DNA of 64,000 nucleotides. Origin: Clostridia bacterium (GTDB lineage: Bacteria; Bacillota; Clostridia; SK-Y3). The translations under genes and the position numbers were made by a program. Positions within the stretch are counted from its first letter, which is position 1. The number at the start of each line of letters is the position of its first letter. The notes beneath the pieces were generated by a model. It was not told where the DNA came from, made no database searches, and saw only the letters and a list, made by a program, of their open reading frames with translations. Below, piece by piece: positions 20,054 to 29,251 of the stretch. Where the stretch lies: the NCBI GenBank assembly GCA_007117465.1, contig SKGK01000053.1, positions 20,740 to 84,739 of the forward strand, given 5' to 3'.

Positions 20054-20813
20054 ATGGTTACAAAAAGTGGGGCTTATTTTACTTGTAGCCTTTATGGTCA
20101 TTATTGGGACAACTTCTTTTGTTTATGCGCAGCCAGAAGTGCCATTTGTAAATGAACTGTTAGAAAATGTAGAGAATAGACAAGATGTATCTGTCAGCCT
20201 TCAAATATTGTTTTTACTCACAATTTTATCGTTGGCACCAGCCATATTAATTATGATGACCTCATTTACACGTATTATTATTATATTATCGTTTGTAAGA
20301 AGGGCATTAGGTACACAGCAAATGCCACCTAATCAAGTAATGGTTGGATTAGCGCTTTTTCTAACTTTTTTTATTATGGCACCTATTGCGACAAATATTA
20401 ATGATAACGCACTCCAGCCATACTTAGATGAAGAAATTGACCATGAAGTAGCTTTAGCGCTTGCCACTGATCCAATACGTGAATTTATGCTAAAAAATAC
20501 GCGAGAGAAAGATCTTGCGTTATTTGCTAATCTTAATGGTGAACCAATAGGAGAAGTAGTGGAAGAAATCCCGATGCGCGTTGTTATTCCATCATTTATT
20601 ATTAGTGAACTTAAGACGGCTTTTCAATTTGGTTTTATATTATATATTCCTTTTTTAGTACTAGACATGGTTGTTGCTAGTACACTGATGGCAATGGGCA
20701 TGATGATGCTTCCGCCTGTAATGATTTCTTTGCCGTTTAAGATTTTATTATTTGTTATGGTAGATGGATGGAATCTTCTGACGCAATCCATTGTGACAAG
20801 TTTTAACTTGTAA
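20040..20813 (+). CDS. fliP: Flagellar export apparatus protein FliP
   Basis: Signal-like N-terminus and highly conserved FliP core (LAPAILIMMTSFTRIIIILSFVRRALGTQQMPPNQV). Confidence 0.96.
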   Translation: MKRNKWLQKVGLILLVAFMVIIGTTSFVYAQPEVPFVNELLENVENRQDVSVSLQILFLLTILSLAPAILIMMTSFTRIIIILSFVRRALGTQQMPPNQVMVGLALFLTFFIMAPIATNINDNALQPYLDEEIDHEVALALATDPIREFMLKNTREKDLALFANLNGEPIGEVVEEIPMRVVIPSFIISELKTAFQFGFILYIPFLVLDMVVASTLMAMGMMMLPPVMISLPFKILLFVMVDGWNLLTQSIVTSFNL

Positions 20814-20863
20814 GCAATATTTTATACTTAAAAGAAAAGCAAGACAAAAATGGGGTGAATGAA

Positions 20864-21133
20864 ATGGAACAGGGTCTTGTCATTGATTTAGCGCAAAGCG
20901 CGCTGATGACAACTTTGATGGTGGCAGCACCAATGCTTGGATTGGGGTTATTAGTGGGATTGACCGTAAGTATTTTTCAAGCAACAACACAAATTAGTGA
21001 ACCAACCCTTGCGTTTGTGCCTAAGATTATTGCAGTACTAGGGGCTATTATTATTTTTGGACCCTGGATGCTTACAACCGTGGTTGAATTTACAGAGAAT
21101 TTGTTTGTTAATATGAATCAGTTTATACGTTAG
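20864..21133 (+). CDS. fliQ: Flagellar export apparatus protein FliQ
   Basis: Two-TM protein of about 89 aa with a FliQ motif (SIFQATTQISEPTLAFVPKI). The ORF-track GTG 20855 is an alternative start. Confidence 0.9.
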   Translation: MEQGLVIDLAQSALMTTLMVAAPMLGLGLLVGLTVSIFQATTQISEPTLAFVPKIIAVLGAIIIFGPWMLTTVVEFTENLFVNMNQFIR

Positions 21134-21148
21134 TAAAGGAAGAGTATA

Positions 21149-21937
21149 ATGGAGACAGTGCTTATAGAGATAATGCATTATTTATATATATTTATATTGG
21201 TTTTAGTACGCGTAACGGCATTGTTTATTCTTACACCTATTTTTGGAACCAAAAATACACCCTCAATGTTGAAAGTAGGGTTAGGGGCAATTATTGCGCT
21301 TATAATCGTTCCCACTATAACAGGTGGAGAAGTGTATCAATCGTTAAGTTTGATTGCATATGCAGGGATTGTTATAAGAGAGTTTTTAGTAGGTCTATTG
21401 CTAGGATTTGTGACCTATATGGCATTTATAGCATTATATGTGGCAGGTCAGATCATTGATATGCAAATGGGATTTGGTATTGTCAGTGTGATAGATCCAC
21501 AAAGTGGCGAGCAAATTCCAGTAATCGCAAACATCTATAACATTATTGCACTGCTTTTGCTCTTGTCATTAAACGGTCATCACATGATTATTACATCGAT
21601 TTTTTATAGTTATCATGTTTTGCCCGTAGGGATGCTTTCTTTTACGCCATATCTACTGACAAATATTGTAGGTATATTCACGCAGATGTTTATTTTAGGG
21701 TTTACAGTTGCTGCACCAGTTATCGCTGTATTATTTCTTACAAATGTTCTGCTAGGTATTTTAGCAAAAACAGTTCCACAAATGAATGTATTTGTTGTGG
21801 GTATGCCGCTAAAAATTGCAATCGGACTACTGATGCTTGCAGTACTGCTTCCGATGTTTCCCATTATTATGGATAGTATTGTAAATGGTATGATGAATAA
21901 TTTAAGTACAATTTTAAAGGATATGATACTGAGATGA
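21149..21937 (+). CDS. fliR: Flagellar export apparatus protein FliR
   Basis: Polytopic membrane protein of FliR size in the FliR position. Stop overlaps the flhB start. Confidence 0.9.
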   Translation: METVLIEIMHYLYIFILVLVRVTALFILTPIFGTKNTPSMLKVGLGAIIALIIVPTITGGEVYQSLSLIAYAGIVIREFLVGLLLGFVTYMAFIALYVAGQIIDMQMGFGIVSVIDPQSGEQIPVIANIYNIIALLLLLSLNGHHMIITSIFYSYHVLPVGMLSFTPYLLTNIVGIFTQMFILGFTVAAPVIAVLFLTNVLLGILAKTVPQMNVFVVGMPLKIAIGLLMLAVLLPMFPIIMDSIVNGMMNNLSTILKDMILR

Positions 21938-23025
21938 GCATGCAATTATTTTACATTGATATTCAGCTATTTGCAGACAAGGATGAGAAGACCGAGAAAG
22001 CAACGCAAAAACGCAGGAGAGATTCTAGGCAAGAAGGTCAAGTATTGCAAAGCAGAGAGATTAAATCGGCACTTACCATACTGTTTGCCTTCTTTTCACT
22101 AAAGTTTATTGGTGGATATATGTATGAGCAACTTGTTGTTTTTACGCGCCAGACATTTATACATTACACCATTCAGACAAATTTGCTGGCAGAAGACAAT
22201 ATTATGCCCTTTGCTATAGAAATTTTGTTATTGCTTTTTAAAATTATGGCACCGTTTTTTGGGGTTGTAGTAATTGTGGCATTGGTGTCGAGTTATATGC
22301 AGGTAGGGTTTTTATTTACCACCAAACCGTTAAAACCCAAGCTGGAAAAGATTAACCCACTTAAAGGTCTTAAGCGAATGTTTTCAGTTAATTCTCTAGT
22401 AGAGCTAGTTAAGTCAATTTTTAAGATTGTTGTTGCAGGATTAGTAGGGTATTATTATATACTTGGACAGATACCGAGTATTATGCAACTATTAGATCAA
22501 CAAGTAGGGCAGATTGTTATTTTTATTGCTAATCTTGTTTTAAATTTAGCACTTAGAATGGGTGTAGCGCTAGTAATACTAGGAGTTGTAGATTATCTTT
22601 TTCAATGGAAAAAATACGAAAAAGATTTAATGATGACAAAGCATGAAGTAAAGGAAGAACATAAACAGGTGGATGGCAATCCGCAGATTAAATCCAAGAT
22701 ACGACAAAAGCAGCGTGAGTCATCGGTTAGGCGAATGATGACAGAAGTACCAAAAGCAGATGTTATTATTACCAATCCCACGCATTATGCGGTAGCGATT
22801 AAGTATGATACAGAGATTGCAGATGCACCTATTGTAGTAGCCAAAGGACAAGATTATGTGGCACTTAGAATTAAAGAGATTGGGAAGGAACATCATATAG
22901 AGATTGTAGAGAATAAGCCGCTTGCAAGGTCGTTGTTTGATGCAGCACAGATAGGAGAGCAAATTCCGCCGGATCTGTTTCAAGCAGTTGCTGAAGTTTT
23001 GGCATTTGTATATAGTATGAAATAG
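21934..23025 (+). CDS. flhB: Flagellar export switch protein FlhB
   Basis: N-terminal EKTEKATQKRRRDSRQEGQV, four TM segments, and the NPTH autocleavage site (VIITNPTHYAVAIKY). Confidence 0.96.
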   Translation: MSMQLFYIDIQLFADKDEKTEKATQKRRRDSRQEGQVLQSREIKSALTILFAFFSLKFIGGYMYEQLVVFTRQTFIHYTIQTNLLAEDNIMPFAIEILLLLFKIMAPFFGVVVIVALVSSYMQVGFLFTTKPLKPKLEKINPLKGLKRMFSVNSLVELVKSIFKIVVAGLVGYYYILGQIPSIMQLLDQQVGQIVIFIANLVLNLALRMGVALVILGVVDYLFQWKKYEKDLMMTKHEVKEEHKQVDGNPQIKSKIRQKQRESSVRRMMTEVPKADVIITNPTHYAVAIKYDTEIADAPIVVAKGQDYVALRIKEIGKEHHIEIVENKPLARSLFDAAQIGEQIPPDLFQAVAEVLAFVYSMK

Positions 23026-23049
23026 TATTTTAGTTTATAGCGAATTTTC

Positions 23050-23078
23050 TTGGAATTTTACAAAAAAAGTGATATAAT
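23050..23078 (+). promoter_or_regulatory. Candidate sigma-A-type internal promoter upstream of flhA (TTGGAA-N17-TATAAT with TGn extension)
   Basis: -35 TTGGAA at 23050-23055, a 17-nt spacer, TG at 23070-23071 and TATAAT at 23073-23078. Lies in the 116-bp flhB-flhA gap. Confidence 0.45.
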
Positions 23079-23141
23079 AGAGAGTGAGGTAATAAAAGCA
23101 GAAATTTGGTCAGTATCAATTAAGTTAAGGGAGGTAATAAG

Positions 23142-25172
23142 GTGAGATTTAACAATCTATCCGTGCCAATTGTAATTATAGCAGTTATTCTTATTATTAT
23201 CATACCGATACCATCGGTTTTATTGGATGTACTACTGGCTGTAAATATCTCACTAGGATTACTGATTTTGCTTAATACGATTTATGCAAAAGATGCGTTG
23301 CAATTTTCGATTTTTCCTTCTCTTTTGTTGGTTACGACATTGTTTAGATTGGCACTAAATATTTCTTCTACCAAATTAATTTTGTCAACTGGGGAGCCAG
23401 GAGATGTGATACAAGCTTTTGGGGGTTTTGTAATACAGGGAGAAGTGGTTGTTGGTTTAATCGTATTTTTAATTATTACCATTGTACAGTTTTTAGTTAT
23501 TACAAAAGGTGCAGAACGTGTATCAGAAGTAGCGGCTAGATTTACATTAGATGCAATGCCCGGTAAACAAATGGCGATTGATGCTGATTTAAATACGGGA
23601 TTAATTAGCGAACTAGAAGCGCGAGATAGAAGAAAACAAATACAGCAAGAGGCAGATTTTTATGGTGCTATGGATGGTGCTAGTAAATTTGTGAAAAATG
23701 ATGCGATTGTAGGTATTGTTATTACTCTTATTAATATTGTAGGGGGATTTGTGCTAGGCTCACTCAGAGGAGAAGGTGGACTCGTAGAACTCATGGGTAT
23801 TTACACCAACTTAACGGTAGGAGATGGCTTAGTAACGCAGATTCCTGCACTCATGATTTCGGTAGCTACTGGTTTTATTATTACAAGAGCGGCTTCTGAT
23901 TCTAACTTAAGTGATGATTTGTTAAAGCAAATTTTCCAAAATTCTACCGTCATGTTTTTAGCAAGCGCTGTTGCATTTTTATTAGCAATGGTACCTGGAC
24001 TACCGGTGTTTCCGTTTTTTGTATTATCCATTATACTGCTTTTATCTGGATATAATGTGAAAAAAGCATTGCAGAAAAATGAAATGCAAAAAGAGGTAGA
24101 TGTAGAAGAAAGCGAAGTAGAAGAAATTAGAAGGCCAGAAAATGTAGTTTCATTACTGCAAGTAGACCCTATTGAGCTTGAATTTGGGTATGGAATTATT
24201 CCACTTGCAGACTCAAACCAAGGGGGAGATTTGCTAGACAGAGTGGTAATGATAAGAAGACAGATTGCACTAGATATGGGAATGGTGGTGCCGATTATAC
24301 GTCTTCGTGATAATATTCAACTGAGTCCAAATGAATATGTAATTAAGATTAAAGGCATTGAAGTGTCTAAGGGCAATTTAATGCTTGACCATTATATGGC
24401 GATGAATCCTGGCACTGTAGATGAACAGGTTGAAGGTATACAAACAGTAGAACCTGCATTTGGTCTACCAGCGACTTGGATTAACGAAGCCCAACGAGAA
24501 AAAGCAGAAATGTTAGGATATACAATTGTAGATCCGCCATCTGTAATTGCTACACATCTTACTGAAATGATTAAAAAGCATACGCATGAGTTATTAAGTA
24601 GACAAGATGTGCAGACACTCATTGACAATATTAAAGAAAATCATTCCGCATTAGTAAATGAATTAATACCAAAGCAAATGTCTTATGGAGAGATACAAAA
24701 GGTGCTGGCTAATTTACTAAGAGAAGGCATTTCAATTCGAGACTTAGTGACGATTTTAGAGACAGTAGCCGATTACATTGCGGTTACGCGTGATACAGAT
24801 GTACTTACTGAATATGCAAGACAGAGCCTAAAAAGAGCAATTTCAAGTAAATATATTAGTAATTACAAAGCGAGTGTAATCACGCTTGATCCGCATTTAG
24901 AGCAAACTATTATGGATTCTGTACAACAAACAGAGCAAGGCTCTTATTTAGCACTAGAACCAAGTATGACACAAAAAATTATTAACGAAGTATATACACA
25001 AATTCAAAAAGTATTAACAATGGGACAGCAGCCCATTGTATTAACGTCACCGATGGTTCGCTTGTATTTTAAGCGATTGACTGAACAAGCAATTTCAGAT
25101 TTAATTGTATTATCATATAATGAGTTAGACGCATCTATTGAAGTTCAATCAGTTGGGATGGTGAGTTTATAA
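23142..25172 (+). CDS. flhA: Flagellar export gate protein FlhA
   Basis: Conserved FHIPEP region (SEVAARFTLDAMPGKQMAIDADLN...FYGAMDGASKFVKNDAI) and a C-terminal cytoplasmic domain. GTG start behind a GGGAGG RBS. Confidence 0.97.
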   Translation: MRFNNLSVPIVIIAVILIIIIPIPSVLLDVLLAVNISLGLLILLNTIYAKDALQFSIFPSLLLVTTLFRLALNISSTKLILSTGEPGDVIQAFGGFVIQGEVVVGLIVFLIITIVQFLVITKGAERVSEVAARFTLDAMPGKQMAIDADLNTGLISELEARDRRKQIQQEADFYGAMDGASKFVKNDAIVGIVITLINIVGGFVLGSLRGEGGLVELMGIYTNLTVGDGLVTQIPALMISVATGFIITRAASDSNLSDDLLKQIFQNSTVMFLASAVAFLLAMVPGLPVFPFFVLSIILLLSGYNVKKALQKNEMQKEVDVEESEVEEIRRPENVVSLLQVDPIELEFGYGIIPLADSNQGGDLLDRVVMIRRQIALDMGMVVPIIRLRDNIQLSPNEYVIKIKGIEVSKGNLMLDHYMAMNPGTVDEQVEGIQTVEPAFGLPATWINEAQREKAEMLGYTIVDPPSVIATHLTEMIKKHTHELLSRQDVQTLIDNIKENHSALVNELIPKQMSYGEIQKVLANLLREGISIRDLVTILETVADYIAVTRDTDVLTEYARQSLKRAISSKYISNYKASVITLDPHLEQTIMDSVQQTEQGSYLALEPSMTQKIINEVYTQIQKVLTMGQQPIVLTSPMVRLYFKRLTEQAISDLIVLSYNELDASIEVQSVGMVSL

Positions 25173-25174
25173 CC

Positions 25175-26416
25175 ATGAAAATCAGAAGATATATTGGTAA
25201 AGATACGCATGAAGCAATGAAAAAGGTGCGTGTAGATTTGGGTAGTGATGCAATTATTTTAAATACACGCAAGATAAAGCAAAAAGGCATCTTAAATCTT
25301 TTTTCAAAACCGTTAGTAGAAGTGTTAGCCGCAGTTGATCGCGTTGCTCAGCAAGAACAAGAAAGTGCGGTTAAGCCTATTTATGATAAGAAACCTGATA
25401 TAGCCATAAAACCTAAAATAGCAGAAACAAGAGCATACAGTATGCAAGCAAATCAAGGGCAGTTATCCTATGTTGATAAGTTAGAAAGCAGAGTTAATCA
25501 CATTGAAGTGCTCATTGAAAAAATATACACACAAATGCATCAGGAAAAATCAATAGGATTAGATGGTGTGGAATCTTCGAAGCACCTTTTTAATAGTGAA
25601 AACACAGAAAAAATTTCAAAAGTGATAAAGGTTCTTTCTAATAATTTATTGCATAACAATGTAGAACAAGAAATTGTAAACGAAATAGTACAAGTTATAA
25701 AAAAAGATATGCAAAATGCTAGTACGGTTAATGATGTAGCGGCTAAGATGTATCACTACATTGCTACTACGTTAGGTGATCCTAGTCCTATTGGTTTTGA
25801 AGGGCAGAAAGAAGATGGAAAAAACCAGAGAATCATTCTTTTTGTAGGACCTACAGGTGTCGGCAAAACAACGACATTAGCCAAAGTTGCAGCGATTGCA
25901 GCCATTGATCACCATAAAAATATTGGTATTATTTCTGCTGATACCTATCGTATTGCAGCAGTGGAACAGCTTAAAACATATGCAGGGATAATAGGTGCAC
26001 CAGTTAAGGTTATTTATTCACCAGAGGAAGTACAAGAGGCAATATCAGAATTTAGTGATAAAGACCTGATTTTAATAGATACAGCAGGTAGAAGTCATAA
26101 AGATGAGCAACAGTTTGGAGAGATAAAAAATATTTTAGCACAGGTAGAGCCAGATGAAGTGTTTGTATTGATTAGTTTAATTACTGATTATAATGTGTGT
26201 AAAGAAATTATAAAGTCCTATGATTTTATAAAAGACTATAAGCTTATTTTTACCAAGATGGATGAGGCATCAGTGAATGGTATTATCCTAAATATTTGTA
26301 AAATGGTTAAAAGAAAACTATCCTACATTACGACAGGGCAAAGTGTACCAGATGATATTGAAGTAATAAATATTGATAAAATCGCAAAAAAATTATTAGG
26401 GAGTATGCAATTATGA
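25175..26416 (+). CDS. flhF: Flagellar biosynthesis SRP-type GTPase FlhF
   Basis: SRP54-type G domain (GPTGVGKTTTLAKVAA, DTAGRS, TKMDE). Confidence 0.92.
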   Translation: MKIRRYIGKDTHEAMKKVRVDLGSDAIILNTRKIKQKGILNLFSKPLVEVLAAVDRVAQQEQESAVKPIYDKKPDIAIKPKIAETRAYSMQANQGQLSYVDKLESRVNHIEVLIEKIYTQMHQEKSIGLDGVESSKHLFNSENTEKISKVIKVLSNNLLHNNVEQEIVNEIVQVIKKDMQNASTVNDVAAKMYHYIATTLGDPSPIGFEGQKEDGKNQRIILFVGPTGVGKTTTLAKVAAIAAIDHHKNIGIISADTYRIAAVEQLKTYAGIIGAPVKVIYSPEEVQEAISEFSDKDLILIDTAGRSHKDEQQFGEIKNILAQVEPDEVFVLISLITDYNVCKEIIKSYDFIKDYKLIFTKMDEASVNGIILNICKMVKRKLSYITTGQSVPDDIEVINIDKIAKKLLGSMQL

Positions 26417-27312
26417 AAATGAATGATCAGGCGGATAAGTTAAGAGAGATTATTCATAATTTAAAAATGCGAAAAGATGAAACTGTATCCCAAGAAAAAA
26501 AACGGTGTAGGGTTATTACAGTCACTAGTGGTAAAGGCGGTGTAGGTAAAACTAATATGTCCGTTAATTTAGCGTTAGTATTAAGCCAATTAGGATATAA
26601 AGTTGTTATTTTAGATGCTGATTTTGGGTTAGCAAATATTGATATACTATTAGGTGTTTCCCCTAGATATACCTTGCTAGACGTTGTTTATCATGATAAA
26701 ACAATATTAGATGTTTTATGTCAAGGGCCAATGGGTATACAATTTGTATCAGGAGGTTCAGGTATCAAAGAGGTGATTGATATGGATCATTTAAAGATTG
26801 ATATACTTACTAAGAAAATGAGTTTTTTAGATGAAATTGTAGACATCGTTATTGTAGACACAGGTGCGGGCCTTTCTGACAATGTAACTCATTTTATTTA
26901 TGCAGCAGATGATGTGATTTTAGTGACAACACCGGAGCCTACATCTATTATGGATGCATATGCACTCATTAAGACGGTTTGCAGTGCAGATAAAAAACCA
27001 AATATACAGCTTATTATTAATCGTGCAGAGAATTATAAGGAAGCCCAGCAAATAGGAGAAAAATTATGTTTGGCGGCAGAGAAGTTTTTAGGTGCAAGAA
27101 TAAGACAGTTAGGATATGTTTTAAGTGATATAACGGTTGTAAAAGCAGTTAAACAGCAGCAACCTTTTGTGCTGAGTTTCCCTAAATCAAGCGTAGCCAA
27201 ACAAGTCATAGAAATCGGACATTGTTTGGTGGATGAACAAAATAGACAAGAGAGTAACTCCTTAGGTATAAAAGGCTTTTTAGATAAGTTTACGAAGTTT
27301 ATAAAGGTATAG
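26413..27312 (+). CDS. flhG: MinD/ParA-family ATPase FlhG (YlxH/FleN)
   Basis: Deviant Walker A (SGKGGVGKTN). Lies immediately after flhF and overlaps its stop. Confidence 0.88.
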   Translation: MKMNDQADKLREIIHNLKMRKDETVSQEKKRCRVITVTSGKGGVGKTNMSVNLALVLSQLGYKVVILDADFGLANIDILLGVSPRYTLLDVVYHDKTILDVLCQGPMGIQFVSGGSGIKEVIDMDHLKIDILTKKMSFLDEIVDIVIVDTGAGLSDNVTHFIYAADDVILVTTPEPTSIMDAYALIKTVCSADKKPNIQLIINRAENYKEAQQIGEKLCLAAEKFLGARIRQLGYVLSDITVVKAVKQQQPFVLSFPKSSVAKQVIEIGHCLVDEQNRQESNSLGIKGFLDKFTKFIKV

Positions 27313-27470
27313 AGATAACTTTTAGGTAAATGATTTAGTCTTTTAGAGCATACAATTTACATAAGCATAGGAATTTATGAGAATCCAAATTTTTCAAAAT
27401 CCCTATACTGGTTATTGCAAAGGGGATTCGCCATAGCGAACAATAAAGGTAATGAGCGAAGCTAATTTTC

Positions 27471-28199
27471 TTGATAGAAAAGGATGATATGATGCAATTA
27501 AACGATATAACAATAGGAACAAAATTAGAAGTAAGTATAACAAATGATTTTAAAGACCATAAAAACAAATACATTAGCCAATTAGAGCAAATTGTAGATG
27601 AGCATACACTTATTATTGCTGTACCTATCTATGCAGGTAATATTATAGCAATATCTGTAGGTGCGATTGTAAATATTGTATTTTATAATGAAAAAGGGGT
27701 CTTTTCGTTTAATGCAGAAGTTAAAAAGAGAGGTGTTAAAGACAATATTAATGTTTTGATACTTGATGCTATACAGCCGTTAAAAAAAATTCAGCGCAGA
27801 GAATATTTTCGATTTGATTGGGTGATGCCTGTTAAATATAAAGAAGTGAAGAATATCCAAAGTATTAAAGATGAAGAAGCTATTAGAATGATTTGCAGAG
27901 AAGATGAAGATGAGCCCTTTGAACGAGCACTTACCAAAAATATTAGTGGTGGTGGTATCGGCATTATCACCAAAAAACAACATGATATGAAGTCGTACAT
28001 AGCCGTTCAGTTATCACTTAATAAATGCGTCACAATTAACGTAATCGGAAAAGTGGTAAGAGCAAAGCTGTATAATTCACAGACGATGCAATATGACACC
28101 GGGATTTTGTTTACCCACGTTAATCCTCAAAAAAGGGATGCAATCATTAAATTTATTTTTGAGCAACAGATCAAATTAAAACAAAAGGGAATGGTATAA
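27471..28199 (+). CDS. PilZ-domain c-di-GMP receptor (YcgR/MotI-like flagellar brake candidate)
   Basis: Both PilZ signatures are present: RxxxR (RREYFR, nt 27795-27812) and N-x-S-x-x-G (TKNISGGGIGI). An N-terminal beta-rich PilZN-like half precedes them. The start is uncertain: TTG 27471, or ATG 27489/27492. Confidence 0.8.
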   Translation: MIEKDDMMQLNDITIGTKLEVSITNDFKDHKNKYISQLEQIVDEHTLIIAVPIYAGNIIAISVGAIVNIVFYNEKGVFSFNAEVKKRGVKDNINVLILDAIQPLKKIQRREYFRFDWVMPVKYKEVKNIQSIKDEEAIRMICREDEDEPFERALTKNISGGGIGIITKKQHDMKSYIAVQLSLNKCVTINVIGKVVRAKLYNSQTMQYDTGILFTHVNPQKRDAIIKFIFEQQIKLKQKGMV

Positions 28200-29249
28200 A
28201 TGTCAATAAATGTATTGATTATAGATGACTCCGCATTCATGAGAAAGATAATATCTGACATATTAACGACCAACGATGGCATACGTGTAGTAGGGGTGGC
28301 TAGAAATGGAAAAGAAGCGATTGAAAAGCTTAAGAGTGTTCATGTTGATGTCATAACATTAGATGTTGAGATGCCAATTATGGACGGTTTGACCTGTTTA
28401 GCAGCTATTATGAAAGACACACCTGTTCCTGTCATTATGCTAAGTAGCTTAACGAGCGAAGGTGCCGATGCAACGATAAGAGCACTAGAGCTTGGTGCGA
28501 TTGATTTTATTACCAAACCTAAAAATTTATTTTCTATGCAACGGAGTCATCTCGTCGATGAGATTATTGAGAAGGTGAAAATAGCCAGCAAAACAAAGGT
28601 GAGTACTGATATTAGGAGTGTAGCAAACATACAAAAACCTAAAAATGTAACACATAGTCATAAACTAGGCAAAATTGTTGCAATCGGTACTTCGACAGGT
28701 GGACCAAGGGCACTTCAGCAGGTTCTCCCTTTCATCCCGGGAGATATTCCAGCAGCATTTGTTATCGTACAACATATGCCACCTGGTTTTACAAAGTCAC
28801 TTGCTACAAGGTTAGATGGCATGAGTGAACTAACGATAAAAGAAGCTCAAGATGGTGATGTTATTGCTGCGGGATGTGCTTATATTGCTCCTGGTGATTT
28901 TCACATGCATTTTGAAAAGAAAAAGCAAAAAGAAGATATAGTGATAAAACTTACTAAGGAAAAGCCTGTATTAGGGCATAGACCTTCTGTAAATGTAATG
29001 ATGGAATCTCTATCTGATACAGGTTTTGCTAATATTATAGGCGTTATTATGACAGGTATGGGAACAGATGGGTGTGAAGGGCTTAAAAAGTTGAAACAAC
29101 ATAATTGCTCCAAAATCATTGCACAAGATGAGCACTCCTGTATTGTATATGGGATGCCAAGAGCTGCGGTGCAACAAGGGATTGTGGATACAGTTGTACC
29201 ATTACAAGATATAAGTAAAGAAGTTATTAAAATAATGGGGGTGTCATAA
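28200..29249 (+). CDS. cheB: Chemotaxis methylesterase/deamidase CheB
   Basis: N-terminal receiver (LIIDDSAFMR...ITLDVEMP) plus a CheB methylesterase domain (AIGTSTGGPRAL, VQHMPPGFT, GMGTDG). Confidence 0.94.
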   Translation: MSINVLIIDDSAFMRKIISDILTTNDGIRVVGVARNGKEAIEKLKSVHVDVITLDVEMPIMDGLTCLAAIMKDTPVPVIMLSSLTSEGADATIRALELGAIDFITKPKNLFSMQRSHLVDEIIEKVKIASKTKVSTDIRSVANIQKPKNVTHSHKLGKIVAIGTSTGGPRALQQVLPFIPGDIPAAFVIVQHMPPGFTKSLATRLDGMSELTIKEAQDGDVIAAGCAYIAPGDFHMHFEKKKQKEDIVIKLTKEKPVLGHRPSVNVMMESLSDTGFANIIGVIMTGMGTDGCEGLKKLKQHNCSKIIAQDEHSCIVYGMPRAAVQQGIVDTVVPLQDISKEVIKIMGVS

Positions 29250-29251
29250 TT

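Noticed and set aside
27313-27470. Sigma-D (TAAA-N15-GCCGATAT) promoters in operon-internal gaps. The closest candidates were TTCGCCATAGCG near 27427 and GTCGAATAT at 2987-2995.
   Set aside because: Both have an indel or mismatch within the CCGATAT core and no properly spaced TAAA. No intergenic CCGATA was found in the window.
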